A stretch of DNA of 64,000 nucleotides. Origin: a virus. Lineage: Duplodnaviria > Caudoviricetes. Positions 8,632 through 16,814 of this stretch are shown piece after piece (within the stretch, counting starts at the first letter, position 1; every line of letters starts with the position of its first letter). A program made the position numbers and the translations under genes. The DNA lies in the IMG/VR virus record IMGVR_UViG_3300038443_001477, positions 8,594 through 72,593 of that record, one strand, 5' to 3'. The notes beneath the pieces were generated by a model. It made no database searches. It was not told the DNA's origin and worked only from the letters and a program-made list of their open reading frames with translations.

Positions 8632-10149
8632 TTACTGGTTCACGTTGATGGTGCAGTCGACGCTATGCACGGCGCCCGCGAGCTTGACCGCCACCTGGAT
8701 CGGCACCGCCTTCCGCGCCACGCGATCCGCCTGCGCCTGCTGCGCGATGGGGGCCGCGAAGATGTAGAAACCCTTGTCGAGGTAGTCGCCCTGCTTCAGC
8801 GTGCCGAAGCCGCCGCTGTTCCAGACGCCGGGGGCGATGAGGCCGTTGTTGACGCCCTGCGCACAGCGGGCGCTGACCACCGCGGTCAGCACCTGCATGC
8901 CCGCATCGGTCTGCGGGATCTTCGTGTTGTTGCTGTAGAGGGCGTTGAAGAGATCGCGCTGCACCGTGACCGCGAGCCAGTCGGTGCCGGTGATCTCGTC
9001 GACGTAATTGCCGCTCGCCATCACCCCCTCCAGGAGGATGTTGGTGTTGTTGCTGAAGGCGGCGAAGACGTTGCAGTTCTTGCCCTTCAGCGCGTCGGCC
9101 TGGGTGGTCGTCAGGGCCTCAGCGACGATGCCCGGCTCCTGCTTGAACTTCAGCGTGATCGCGCTGCCCGACTGCTCGTAGTCGACGCTCAGGATGCGGG
9201 CGAGGGCGGAGAGCACCGCGTGCTGTGAGCTCGACGAGTACTGCGTCATCGTGCGCTTGTAGCCCAGGGCCTTGAGCTGGGCCGGGAGGTCGGTGGTGGA
9301 GACCGCACTGAGCGCCCCGCCCTCCTGCGTCGTCAGGGCGAGGATGTGCTTGTTGGTCGCGGCTTCGATGAAGCCAGCAGCCGCGAGGAGTGCGGTGTTA
9401 TCGGCGCCGGCGTTGGCGCCAGGGACCAGACCCCCGATGCCCACACCATAGAACTGCATGCCGACCATGTCCTCGAAAAGCGTCAGCGCTTGGGTGGCCG
9501 TCTCCGCCGCGATGCCCTGGTAGACGTAGGCGCCGCTATCGGTGGAGCGGCCGAGGATGTTACCGGTGATGTCGACGCCGGCGGTCGGCGCGGTCAGGAA
9601 GGCGATGGAGGAGGTCGGGCCGGCGGTCGTGCTCTCGAACTCGAACCGGCTGTAGGTCGGGTTCCAGGCCACCGTCACGCCCGCCGGCATGCCCGTGCCG
9701 GCCTGGATGGCGGCCGCGACCTGCGCCATGCTGGTGACGGTGGAGAAGTTGATGCCCGACACCTGCACCGCGGCGCCGCCGTCCTTGGAGATCTTGAAGG
9801 CGCCGGTGGTGATGCCGGTCCACGCCGACATCTGCTGCTGCGCCACCGAGAGCGGCGCACCGCGCAGGCCACCGCGAGCCGCGGTCATGGCGAAGCGGCC
9901 GATCAGCATGTTGGTGGGCTGCGGCGTCTGGCTGAACCAGCGGTTCGCGGCCTTGTACTCCTCGGCGGTCGTGCCGAAGTCGGAGGCCACAGCCGCAAGC
10001 GTGCCGTAGGAACGATAGCGCTCCACCGGGTCGATGACGGTGCTGGTGCCGAGGAAGAGCAGGTTGCTCAAGGACTGCGCCTGCGCAGCGGGCGGCGTCA
10101 TGGACACCTGAACGTTGATGGCGCGGCTGATGGGGAGTTGTCCGGACAT
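8632..10149 (-). CDS. Contractile tail sheath protein (DUF3383-like)
   Basis: 505 aa; LPISRAINVQV start, ITLKFKQEPGI, KIPQTDAG and KLAGAVH motifs. Confidence 0.88.
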   Translation of the reverse strand: MSGQLPISRAINVQVSMTPPAAQAQSLSNLLFLGTSTVIDPVERYRSYGTLAAVASDFGTTAEEYKAANRWFSQTPQPTNMLIGRFAMTAARGGLRGAPLSVAQQQMSAWTGITTGAFKISKDGGAAVQVSGINFSTVTSMAQVAAAIQAGTGMPAGVTVAWNPTYSRFEFESTTAGPTSSIAFLTAPTAGVDITGNILGRSTDSGAYVYQGIAAETATQALTLFEDMVGMQFYGVGIGGLVPGANAGADNTALLAAAGFIEAATNKHILALTTQEGGALSAVSTTDLPAQLKALGYKRTMTQYSSSSQHAVLSALARILSVDYEQSGSAITLKFKQEPGIVAEALTTTQADALKGKNCNVFAAFSNNTNILLEGVMASGNYVDEITGTDWLAVTVQRDLFNALYSNNTKIPQTDAGMQVLTAVVSARCAQGVNNGLIAPGVWNSGGFGTLKQGDYLDKGFYIFAAPIAQQAQADRVARKAVPIQVAVKLAGAVHSVDCTINVNQ

Positions 10150-10162
10150 GGAGGAATTCCTT

Positions 10163-10747
10163 TTACGGGGTGGGAGTTACAGAGAAGGGCGCCGAAGAGA
10201 TGCCGTCGTTGTCGACAGTCCCGCTCGCGCTAAGGAGGGTCTTGATCGGGTAGATGCGGGTCATCCAGCGACTGAAGGTCGCCTGTGAGTCGAGGCGCTG
10301 GTACCAGATACCTTTCAGGATGGAGGGCAGGTTGACCGGGTCCTCCAAGCCGACAAGGCTGATCTTCTGCGCGTCGAGCGTGTCGCGGTTCTGGCCGATC
10401 TGGAGGCCCACCTCCCAGCGGCCTTGGTTTGCCTCGTTGTTGGGGCCATAGAAGCTCACCAGGACCCGGATCGTTTCGGTGCCCTCCACGATGTAGGCGT
10501 CCTGGTCGGCGTCGTACTTCTGGTAGGCATTCCACTGCTTCTGCCCGATCTGCACGCCAACGGCGGCCCAGTCCACGGTGGAGTCGGGCATGTTCGGCGG
10601 CGTCGGCTGCCAGCGCGGGCGCACCAGCGTCGGGTCGAGGCCCGTCAGCCCCACCACAAGCTCCTGGAAGAAGTTCTCCAGGCTGACGTCATAGGGCGGT
10701 TGCGTCGAGGGCAGCAGGAACCCGGCCTGGGTTGAATCGTTTGCCAT
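10163..10747 (-). CDS. Tail terminator / neck protein
   Basis: 194 aa, VRPRWQPTPP motif, immediately upstream of the sheath gene. Confidence 0.65.
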   Translation of the reverse strand: MANDSTQAGFLLPSTQPPYDVSLENFFQELVVGLTGLDPTLVRPRWQPTPPNMPDSTVDWAAVGVQIGQKQWNAYQKYDADQDAYIVEGTETIRVLVSFYGPNNEANQGRWEVGLQIGQNRDTLDAQKISLVGLEDPVNLPSILKGIWYQRLDSQATFSRWMTRIYPIKTLLSASGTVDNDGISSAPFSVTPTP

Positions 10748-10757
10748 TCAGCCCTCC

Positions 10758-11135
10758 TTAGGTATTGCCCTGCGGCGGATCGGTGGTCGTGATGGAGTGG
10801 GCCTTGGCGCGAGTGAACCCCGCGATCTTCCAGGGGAGCGCCTCCACCACGAGGTACTCGACCCCATTCCAAATAATCACATCGGGCTGGAAGCCCTGGC
10901 GTGCATCGCGCAGTGCGAATTGGCAGGTGACCTGGATGCCGTGCTCCGAGAGCTGGCCGTCGTCGCGGCGCTCCAACTCCTTGCCCTCCAGCGGCTTCAC
11001 GCGCCCCCTCTGGCCGGCGAAGAGCGTCGGCGTGACGGCGGCGCGGCCATGCACGTCGATGCCCTCGGCTTGGCGGCGGACGTCGAAGAGTTCGGTCAGG
11101 AAAGGATCGTTAAGGACCATGCTGACGTCGATCAT
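10758..11135 (-). CDS. Head closure / head-tail adaptor protein
   Basis: MIDVSMVLNDP...QPDVIIWNGVEYLV; neck cluster position. Confidence 0.65.
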   Translation of the reverse strand: MIDVSMVLNDPFLTELFDVRRQAEGIDVHGRAAVTPTLFAGQRGRVKPLEGKELERRDDGQLSEHGIQVTCQFALRDARQGFQPDVIIWNGVEYLVVEALPWKIAGFTRAKAHSITTTDPPQGNT

Positions 11136-11777
11136 TTACCTATCCTTTCTCTTGCTCCGGGCGCGGATGACGAAGTTGACCGCGTTGCGCATCTGGCCGG
11201 TGTCGATGAGGGGCTTGGCTGTCGTGAGGGCGGTGGCGAGGTCGAAGAAGGGGTCCTCGCCGAAGTCACGCATTGCGGAGCGGCGGTCCAGTTCTATCTG
11301 GGCAGCTCGCGCGATGGCGCTCTTTTTGCCCCGGCGGGCCCGCTCCTTGAGCGTGCGGTCGGAGAGTGGGGGAGGGATGCCCTCGTTGATCTTCTTCTGG
11401 ATCGCCAGCTTGGCGGTCAGGCCGGCGGCGATCATGGCCTGCTCCATCCGCACCGCATCCCCTCGCATCGCCTGCTTCATAGCGCCGCTCAGGGCGCGCT
11501 CGATCTTCTCCCTGTTATCCTCCAGCGCGGGGAGCATGAAGGGGCGGGCTGGGATGTTGGCTTCGGGGGCGCCTTGGTCGTGGATGTAACCGAGGGCGGC
11601 ATTGGTGATGCCGCGGTGCTCGGGGTCGTCTTTCGGGTCTTCGTCGCGGGCTGTGGTGTCCTCGGGGAAACCCACCAGAACCTCCAGGCTCGCCAGGAGG
11701 TCAAGGTTCTCCCGGACCTGCTCCAGATTACCGCGCGTGACCCTGACGCCTGTGTTGTTCTTGTAGGTCGAGGCCAT
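11136..11777 (-). CDS. Neck / tail completion protein
   Basis: VLVGFPE, NAALGYIHDQGAPEANIPARPF and KPLIDTGQMRNAV motifs. Confidence 0.75.
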   Translation of the reverse strand: MASTYKNNTGVRVTRGNLEQVRENLDLLASLEVLVGFPEDTTARDEDPKDDPEHRGITNAALGYIHDQGAPEANIPARPFMLPALEDNREKIERALSGAMKQAMRGDAVRMEQAMIAAGLTAKLAIQKKINEGIPPPLSDRTLKERARRGKKSAIARAAQIELDRRSAMRDFGEDPFFDLATALTTAKPLIDTGQMRNAVNFVIRARSKRKDR

Positions 11778-11783
11778 GGAGGC

Positions 11784-12236
11784 TTAGAAGGGCGAGGGGA
11801 AGGGCCCAGGCCATGCCCCGTAGCCCCCGCTCTCGCAGGGCCCCGGGACGCCGATGTGGAGGCCCCCGGCCCCCATCATCTTCGCCATCTCCCGCCAGCG
11901 GAGGCCGTAGGTCGTCAGCGCGTACTGACCATCCTTCGGGTCCATGGCGACCGCTTGACGCGTCCAGCTCGCGTCATCGGCGCTCATGCTGGTCACCGCG
12001 CCCACAGCAGCCCCCGGGCCCTGGCCTCCAGCGGCGCCCTTGGTGCTGTTGTATTCCAGGGTGAGGTTGTGGGCAACAAAGAGCATCACGCCCGTATCGA
12101 GGAGCGTGCCCCAGCGGTCGGGGTTGTGGCGCTGCGTGCCCACGTCGATCCACATCTGCACCATCGGATCGGGGTAGTCGGTGGGGCTGGCGAAAACGGG
12201 AAAAGCCCCCCTGAAGGAGGCGACAGTAACGGTCAT
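11784..12236 (-). CDS. Head-tail connector (DUF4054-like)
   Basis: FRGAFPVFAS, LFVAHNL and TTYGLRW motifs. Confidence 0.78.
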   Translation of the reverse strand: MTVTVASFRGAFPVFASPTDYPDPMVQMWIDVGTQRHNPDRWGTLLDTGVMLFVAHNLTLEYNSTKGAAGGQGPGAAVGAVTSMSADDASWTRQAVAMDPKDGQYALTTYGLRWREMAKMMGAGGLHIGVPGPCESGGYGAWPGPFPSPF

Positions 12237-12274
12237 GGCTTGCTCCTCCAGGGGCGGTGGTCAGGGGAGGGCGC

Positions 12275-12574
12275 TCAGTCTTCCGACGGAGCGATGTGCT
12301 TCTTGGCGTACCAGTGCTCGGTGTGCGCCTTCGGCATCTCGTGCGGGCCGACGCCGTACTCGTGCTCGGCGTCGTCGTCGGTGCGGAGGCGGAAGGCCGT
12401 GTGTACGATCACGCTGACGGTCTCCTCCTTGCGGCGAGGCCGGGGCTTCAACGCGTCGGCGTCGGCATCGGGGGCGGCCGGCTGCTGGCCCGCGCCGTTG
12501 GCGGCGCCGGAGTTGGCGGCGAGGCGGGGGTCGGTCGGGCCCGTTGGCGTCGGGGGCTTTTGTTCGTCGGACAT
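12275..12574 (-). CDS. Small virion-associated protein downstream of the capsid gene
   Basis: Start MSDEQKPP at 12574 with a GGAG RBS; low-complexity N-terminus and an H-W-Y C-terminal motif. Confidence 0.6.
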   Translation of the reverse strand: MSDEQKPPTPTGPTDPRLAANSGAANGAGQQPAAPDADADALKPRPRRKEETVSVIVHTAFRLRTDDDAEHEYGVGPHEMPKAHTEHWYAKKHIAPSED

Positions 12575-12600
12575 GGCTGGTATCTCCAGGTGAAATGGGG

Positions 12601-12630
12601 AAGAAGAAAAGGGAGGGCCGGAGCCCTCCC
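12601..12630 (-). terminator. Intrinsic terminator after the major capsid gene
   Basis: GGGAGGGC-UCCG-GCCCUCCC followed by UUUUCUUCUU. Confidence 0.75.
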
Positions 12631-12652
12631 TCATGTCGCCGCTAGGAGCCGC

Positions 12653-13846
12653 TTACAGGCCGTCGCGGTAGCCGATCGTCTCGGGGTACACGACCTCCAC
12701 CACGCCGAGGCGGCAGTAGTAGGTGCTCTTGTGGAAGAGCGAGTCGTATTGCACCGGCGTGCGCTGGAGCATCGTCATCGGGTAGCGGATGTAGTCGGTG
12801 CGCTGGGTGTAGGCCACCATGCGGTCGACCGTGCCGGCGGTGCCGATGGTGCCGCCCGAGCCCGAGCCGATGCACCACTTGGAGGGCTGGATCTCCAGCG
12901 CCTGCCCGGTGCTGGTCTTGAGGATGTTGTTCTCCAGCAGGTACTTCAGGATGGAGACCGAGCCCGCGGTGGACACCGTCTGCGTGCTGATCCAGCCGAA
13001 TTGCGTCGGCGGGATCAGGATCTTGTTGGGCATCACGGCGAACGCCGAGGCAGTCCAGACCGAGATGAGGAGGTCGTTGACGTCCTTCAGGATCTCCGCC
13101 GGGCTCTTGTTGGTCCAGAGCGGCGAGGCGGAGGCCCCGTTGACCACGTTGGAAACGTTGGTCACGAGCGCGTTGTTCAGGAGGCCGCCGACGTTGAGCA
13201 CGCCGTCGCCGACGTACACCATCTCGTCGATGTCCATCTGGTGCTTCAGCTTCAGCGCCTCGTACTTCTGCGCGTCGATGGGGCGGCCCAGCTTCGCCGC
13301 GCTCTCCAGCTCCAGCACCGAGTACTTGATCTCCAGCGCCCAGGGGGTCAGGGGGTTGGGGATCTTCGCCGTGTCCACGCCGACGCCGCCGATCTGGTCG
13401 GTCGTCTTGCCCGCCCAGGCCTTGCCGGTGCGGATGCCGTGGCCGGTGCCCAGGGTGCCGGCGCTGGCGAAGTTGGTCAGGGTGAAGGACGAGAACTCGT
13501 CCGCCACGCTCACGTCTTCGCGGAGGTTGATGTCGCGGCTCCAGGTGACCGCGGCGAGCGGCATGTGCAGCGTCTGGTCGAGGCGCTCCAGTTCACCGAT
13601 CAGGAAGGAGCCGGTCGAGTCGACCGTGATCGACTTGCCGTCGTAGGTCTGGTAGGCGTAGCGGTGATCGAGCACGCGGCCACGGCAGTCGCCGAAGGCG
13701 TTGATCGGCGCCTGGGGCATCGAGTTCACGTCGAAGGTGGCGTGATCCAGGGTCAGCACGCGGCCGCCGACGACAGCCGGCGCGACGCCGGCAGCCAGGA
13801 TGGCAGCGAGGCCCAGCGAGGAGCGGGCGATGTGTTGCGTTTTCAT
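12653..13846 (-). CDS. Major capsid protein (DUF2184-like, HK97 fold)
   Basis: FLIGELERLDQTLHMPL, YSVLELESAAKLGRPID and YPETIGYRDGL motifs; strongly biased codon use. Confidence 0.88.
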   Translation of the reverse strand: MKTQHIARSSLGLAAILAAGVAPAVVGGRVLTLDHATFDVNSMPQAPINAFGDCRGRVLDHRYAYQTYDGKSITVDSTGSFLIGELERLDQTLHMPLAAVTWSRDINLREDVSVADEFSSFTLTNFASAGTLGTGHGIRTGKAWAGKTTDQIGGVGVDTAKIPNPLTPWALEIKYSVLELESAAKLGRPIDAQKYEALKLKHQMDIDEMVYVGDGVLNVGGLLNNALVTNVSNVVNGASASPLWTNKSPAEILKDVNDLLISVWTASAFAVMPNKILIPPTQFGWISTQTVSTAGSVSILKYLLENNILKTSTGQALEIQPSKWCIGSGSGGTIGTAGTVDRMVAYTQRTDYIRYPMTMLQRTPVQYDSLFHKSTYYCRLGVVEVVYPETIGYRDGL

Positions 13847-13912
13847 GATGTCGATGTTTCCTTGATGTCCTGTGTTGGAAGGTGGGGGACTTCAGCGCGC
13901 TAGCTCAGGCGC

Positions 13913-14500
13913 TTACTTCCAGATACGGATCTCGGCGACGCCGTTGGCATCGGCGGGCCCGTTGAATTCGGCGTTGGCGATGGCGGCGGTGTTGCCGGCG
14001 GAGGCCGCGCAGCGGAAGCCCCCTTGCACATCGTTGCCGGCGGAGGCCGCGCACCAGACGAAGACCGCGGAGCCCTTGCTCGGAGCACCGGCGCCGATGT
14101 TGTCGACCTTCACCATGACGAAACCGTCCTCGATGTAGTCGAGGACCGAGTTGGCGCCAGGAGGCGTGGCAGCACCGAAGGAGGCGCTCATGCCGCCCGA
14201 GGTCTGGCTGACCGGGTAGGGCCGCACCAGCACGCCGCGCAGCTTGGTGACCGCGGTATCGCCCGCCACGAAGCCACGGATGGTGTTCGTGCCGAAGATG
14301 ATGGGGTCGCCATAGCGGCGGGGCGGGGTCGTGCCATCGGCTTGCGCGGGCAGCACCGAGAAGGGGTGGGTGCGGTTGATGTCGCCGGGGTAGCCCGCGT
14401 CCATGCGGTACTTGATGGCGGCGTCGTGGGTCGTGGAGCGGCGGGCGAGGGCGGGAGCGCACAGGGCCATCACCGCCAGGGCGATCAGAGACTTCTTCAT
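13913..14500 (-). CDS. Capsid decoration / cement protein
   Basis: YRMDAGYPGDINR, LRGVLVRPYP and GPADANGVAEI motifs; lies between scaffold and capsid genes. Confidence 0.75.
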   Translation of the reverse strand: MKKSLIALAVMALCAPALARRSTTHDAAIKYRMDAGYPGDINRTHPFSVLPAQADGTTPPRRYGDPIIFGTNTIRGFVAGDTAVTKLRGVLVRPYPVSQTSGGMSASFGAATPPGANSVLDYIEDGFVMVKVDNIGAGAPSKGSAVFVWCAASAGNDVQGGFRCAASAGNTAAIANAEFNGPADANGVAEIRIWK

Positions 14501-14544
14501 GTCTTGTCTTTCGGAGTGGTAGGTAGGTTGGTGAGGGCCCGGCT

Positions 14545-16029
14545 TTACGCGCGGGGGCCTTGGGAAGCCCAGAACTCGCGGTTCGCCTTGTTGATGTCGG
14601 CGAACGACTTCTTCTGGGAACCCGCCGGCTGCTGCGGTTGCGGCGTCGGCAGGGTGCGTGCATCGCCGGTGGCGGTGCGGGTGTTGTCGGCAGCCTTCGC
14701 GGCGGCGGCCGCCTTGAAGACCGTGGCGACGGCCTTGCAGTCGGAGCCGATGACGTCGAAGGGCTGGCCGCCGTTGGCAGCCTGGAGGAGGGCTTCACCG
14801 CCCTGCGACGCGACGACCGCCGAGAGCACGGCACGGCGGCCCATGCACATCCGGTCGACGGTCGCCTTGCGCTGCGAGGCAGCGTCGAAGGTGGGCAGCT
14901 TGAAGCCCGGCGCCAGGATCTCCGCCTGCGAGAGGAAGGTCTGGTAGCTCGTGGCGAGGGCGGCGCTGTCCATGGTGGCAGTGGCCTCCGTGACGGCCTC
15001 CAGATCCTCGCCCTGGCTGCCGGCCGCCGGCGGGGGCGTCTGGGTGCTGGCGCCGCTCTTGATCGCAGCGAGGAGCTCCTTCACGTTCGCGCCGATCTCG
15101 TTCTGCGCGGCTTCGATGGCCTGGAAGCGCGCCTCGACAGCGGCGTCCATCGTCGCGGCCTTCGGGGGCTCCTGCGTGCCCTCGGCCTGCTTCTCAGGCG
15201 GCGTGGAGGTGGCCTGCTCGGTGGAGCCCGGCATGTGGACGTGGACGTGGACGCCCTGGTCGGCGTCGCCTTGTTCGGCGGCCTCCAGGTCGGCGAGGGC
15301 GTCGGCCACGCGGGCGCGAGCTTCGACGAGCGGAATACGGGCGCGCTTGGTCGCGCCCCCGGGGTTCTGGGCTTGGGGCATGTTGTCCTCGTTGAGGTCG
15401 GTGGAAGAAAGGGTGTCCTCGTCGCCGATGGCGCAGCGAGGTCCGCACCTGCCCTTCTCGACGAGGGCAAGGTGGTTGCCGATGATCTGGCTCTGCTTCC
15501 CCTGGCCGTCGCCGGTCTGGGTGTAGCTGGCCTCGTAGCCGCAGGAGACCTCCCGCTTACCGCTCTGGATGTCACGGATCAGCCACTGGTCCTTGACGAT
15601 CAGATCGGCCATGAGGCAGTCGGCGTCGGCGCCCTCACCCCTGAAGGTGCGGAGCACAAAGCCGCCGCCCAGGTGGGCGAAGTTCTGAGGCGTGACGGGC
15701 ACCGGAGGGTGCTCGTTGGTGATCGCGACGCCGATGAAGGACCGCATCGTCTCTTCGCTGAAGAGGTCCTCGGGGCCGCGATGGATGTAGATGATCGGGG
15801 CCGCTCCGTCTTGCGTGGGCGCGGGGATGGGCACCTCGCCAGGGGCGTAGTGCATCCAGCCGGTGCGCGCGATGGGCACGTTTCGACAGAGCAGCGAGCC
15901 GTCGGGGAGCATTGAGCGGTTGGGCCCAATCTCCCCGACGGTCAAGGGTTCAGTGGCGGAGCCGCTGAGCGGCGGCCCACCTCCCGGGGGCCCGCGGTCG
16001 ATGGTGCGGCTGCGTTGGGGGCGAGACAT
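14545..16029 (-). CDS. Prohead protease-scaffold (DUF2213-like)
   Basis: Start MSRPQRSRTID at 16029 with a GGAGG RBS; VPIARTG, ITNEHP, EVSCGY and GNHLALVEKGRCG motifs, then an Ala/Gln-rich scaffold. Confidence 0.85.
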   Translation of the reverse strand: MSRPQRSRTIDRGPPGGGPPLSGSATEPLTVGEIGPNRSMLPDGSLLCRNVPIARTGWMHYAPGEVPIPAPTQDGAAPIIYIHRGPEDLFSEETMRSFIGVAITNEHPPVPVTPQNFAHLGGGFVLRTFRGEGADADCLMADLIVKDQWLIRDIQSGKREVSCGYEASYTQTGDGQGKQSQIIGNHLALVEKGRCGPRCAIGDEDTLSSTDLNEDNMPQAQNPGGATKRARIPLVEARARVADALADLEAAEQGDADQGVHVHVHMPGSTEQATSTPPEKQAEGTQEPPKAATMDAAVEARFQAIEAAQNEIGANVKELLAAIKSGASTQTPPPAAGSQGEDLEAVTEATATMDSAALATSYQTFLSQAEILAPGFKLPTFDAASQRKATVDRMCMGRRAVLSAVVASQGGEALLQAANGGQPFDVIGSDCKAVATVFKAAAAAKAADNTRTATGDARTLPTPQPQQPAGSQKKSFADINKANREFWASQGPRA

Positions 16030-16058
16030 CGGGCGGCCTCCTTTCGTGGATGCGATGC

Positions 16059-16814
16059 TCATACGACCGTGACGCCTCGCGTGGCGTAGTCGGCTTTGAG
16101 GGATTGAAACGCCTCGTCGATCTCCGCCGCACTCAGCGAGCGCTGGTAGATGGCGGCGAAATAGGCGTTGAAGTTGTTCGTCGTGATCGAGTCGGTGAGC
16201 TGGTTGCTCCCGATGGCGATCTGCGTCGTCGCCCACGCGCCGCGCGCAGCGGCGGTGTTCAATTGCGCGGAGGTCGCGACCTGCTGCACCCCGGCGCTGT
16301 AGTAATAGAGCTTGCCGAAGCCCCCCGTCCCCCGTTGGTTGTTCTTCCGGCTCAGGACCACCGCCTCGAAATAGATGTCGGTGTTGGCGGGCGAGGGCCG
16401 ATTCGCACCGCTGCTGTTCGCGGGCTCCCCGTTGGCGCCGTAATTGTTGGTGCCGAACTGGCGGAAGCCCACCCATGTCGAGGCGTGCCCCATGGCAAAG
16501 AGCTGGACCCCGGCGCCTCCCTTGCGAATCAGGATCAGCGTGGCGTCGTCAGCGGGCGCAATGCCGGTGAGGAAGCCGTAGCCAGTAGTGGCGCTGCTCC
16601 GCAACTTCGCGCTGACCGCGTCGTAGACGATCTGGCTGCTCGGGTCCTGCAAGGTGAGGGGCTTGCTCGGGTTGGCGCGGTTCTTCTGTGATTCCGCCGC
16701 GCTTACGCCGAACACATACTCCCCCACCAGCTTCCGCCGGTTGGGGAGGCGGATGCCCTTGAGGGAGCCCGTGGTGAAGATGGCGTCGGCCAGCTTCAGG
16801 TTGACAGCGGTCAT
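16059..16814 (-). CDS. Beta-sandwich (LamG/lectin-like) partner of the SGNH spike protein
   Basis: Start MTAVNLKLADA at 16814, overlapping the upstream stop. Beta-rich, ending AIYQRSLSAAEI, as in LamG-like domains. Confidence 0.5.
   Translation of the reverse strand: MTAVNLKLADAIFTTGSLKGIRLPNRRKLVGEYVFGVSAAESQKNRANPSKPLTLQDPSSQIVYDAVSAKLRSSATTGYGFLTGIAPADDATLILIRKGGAGVQLFAMGHASTWVGFRQFGTNNYGANGEPANSSGANRPSPANTDIYFEAVVLSRKNNQRGTGGFGKLYYYSAGVQQVATSAQLNTAAARGAWATTQIAIGSNQLTDSITTNNFNAYFAAIYQRSLSAAEIDEAFQSLKADYATRGVTVV

Noticed and set aside
13991-14053. 21-bp direct repeat (GTTGCCGGCGGAGGCCGCGCA) in the decoration gene
   Set aside because: It is explained by a duplicated CAASAGN peptide within the protein, with no sign of a DNA-level function.
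16030-16476. 643-aa version of the DUF2213 protein starting at 16476
   Set aside because: The extension overlaps the 16059-16814 gene, and a strong GGAGG RBS supports the 16029 start.
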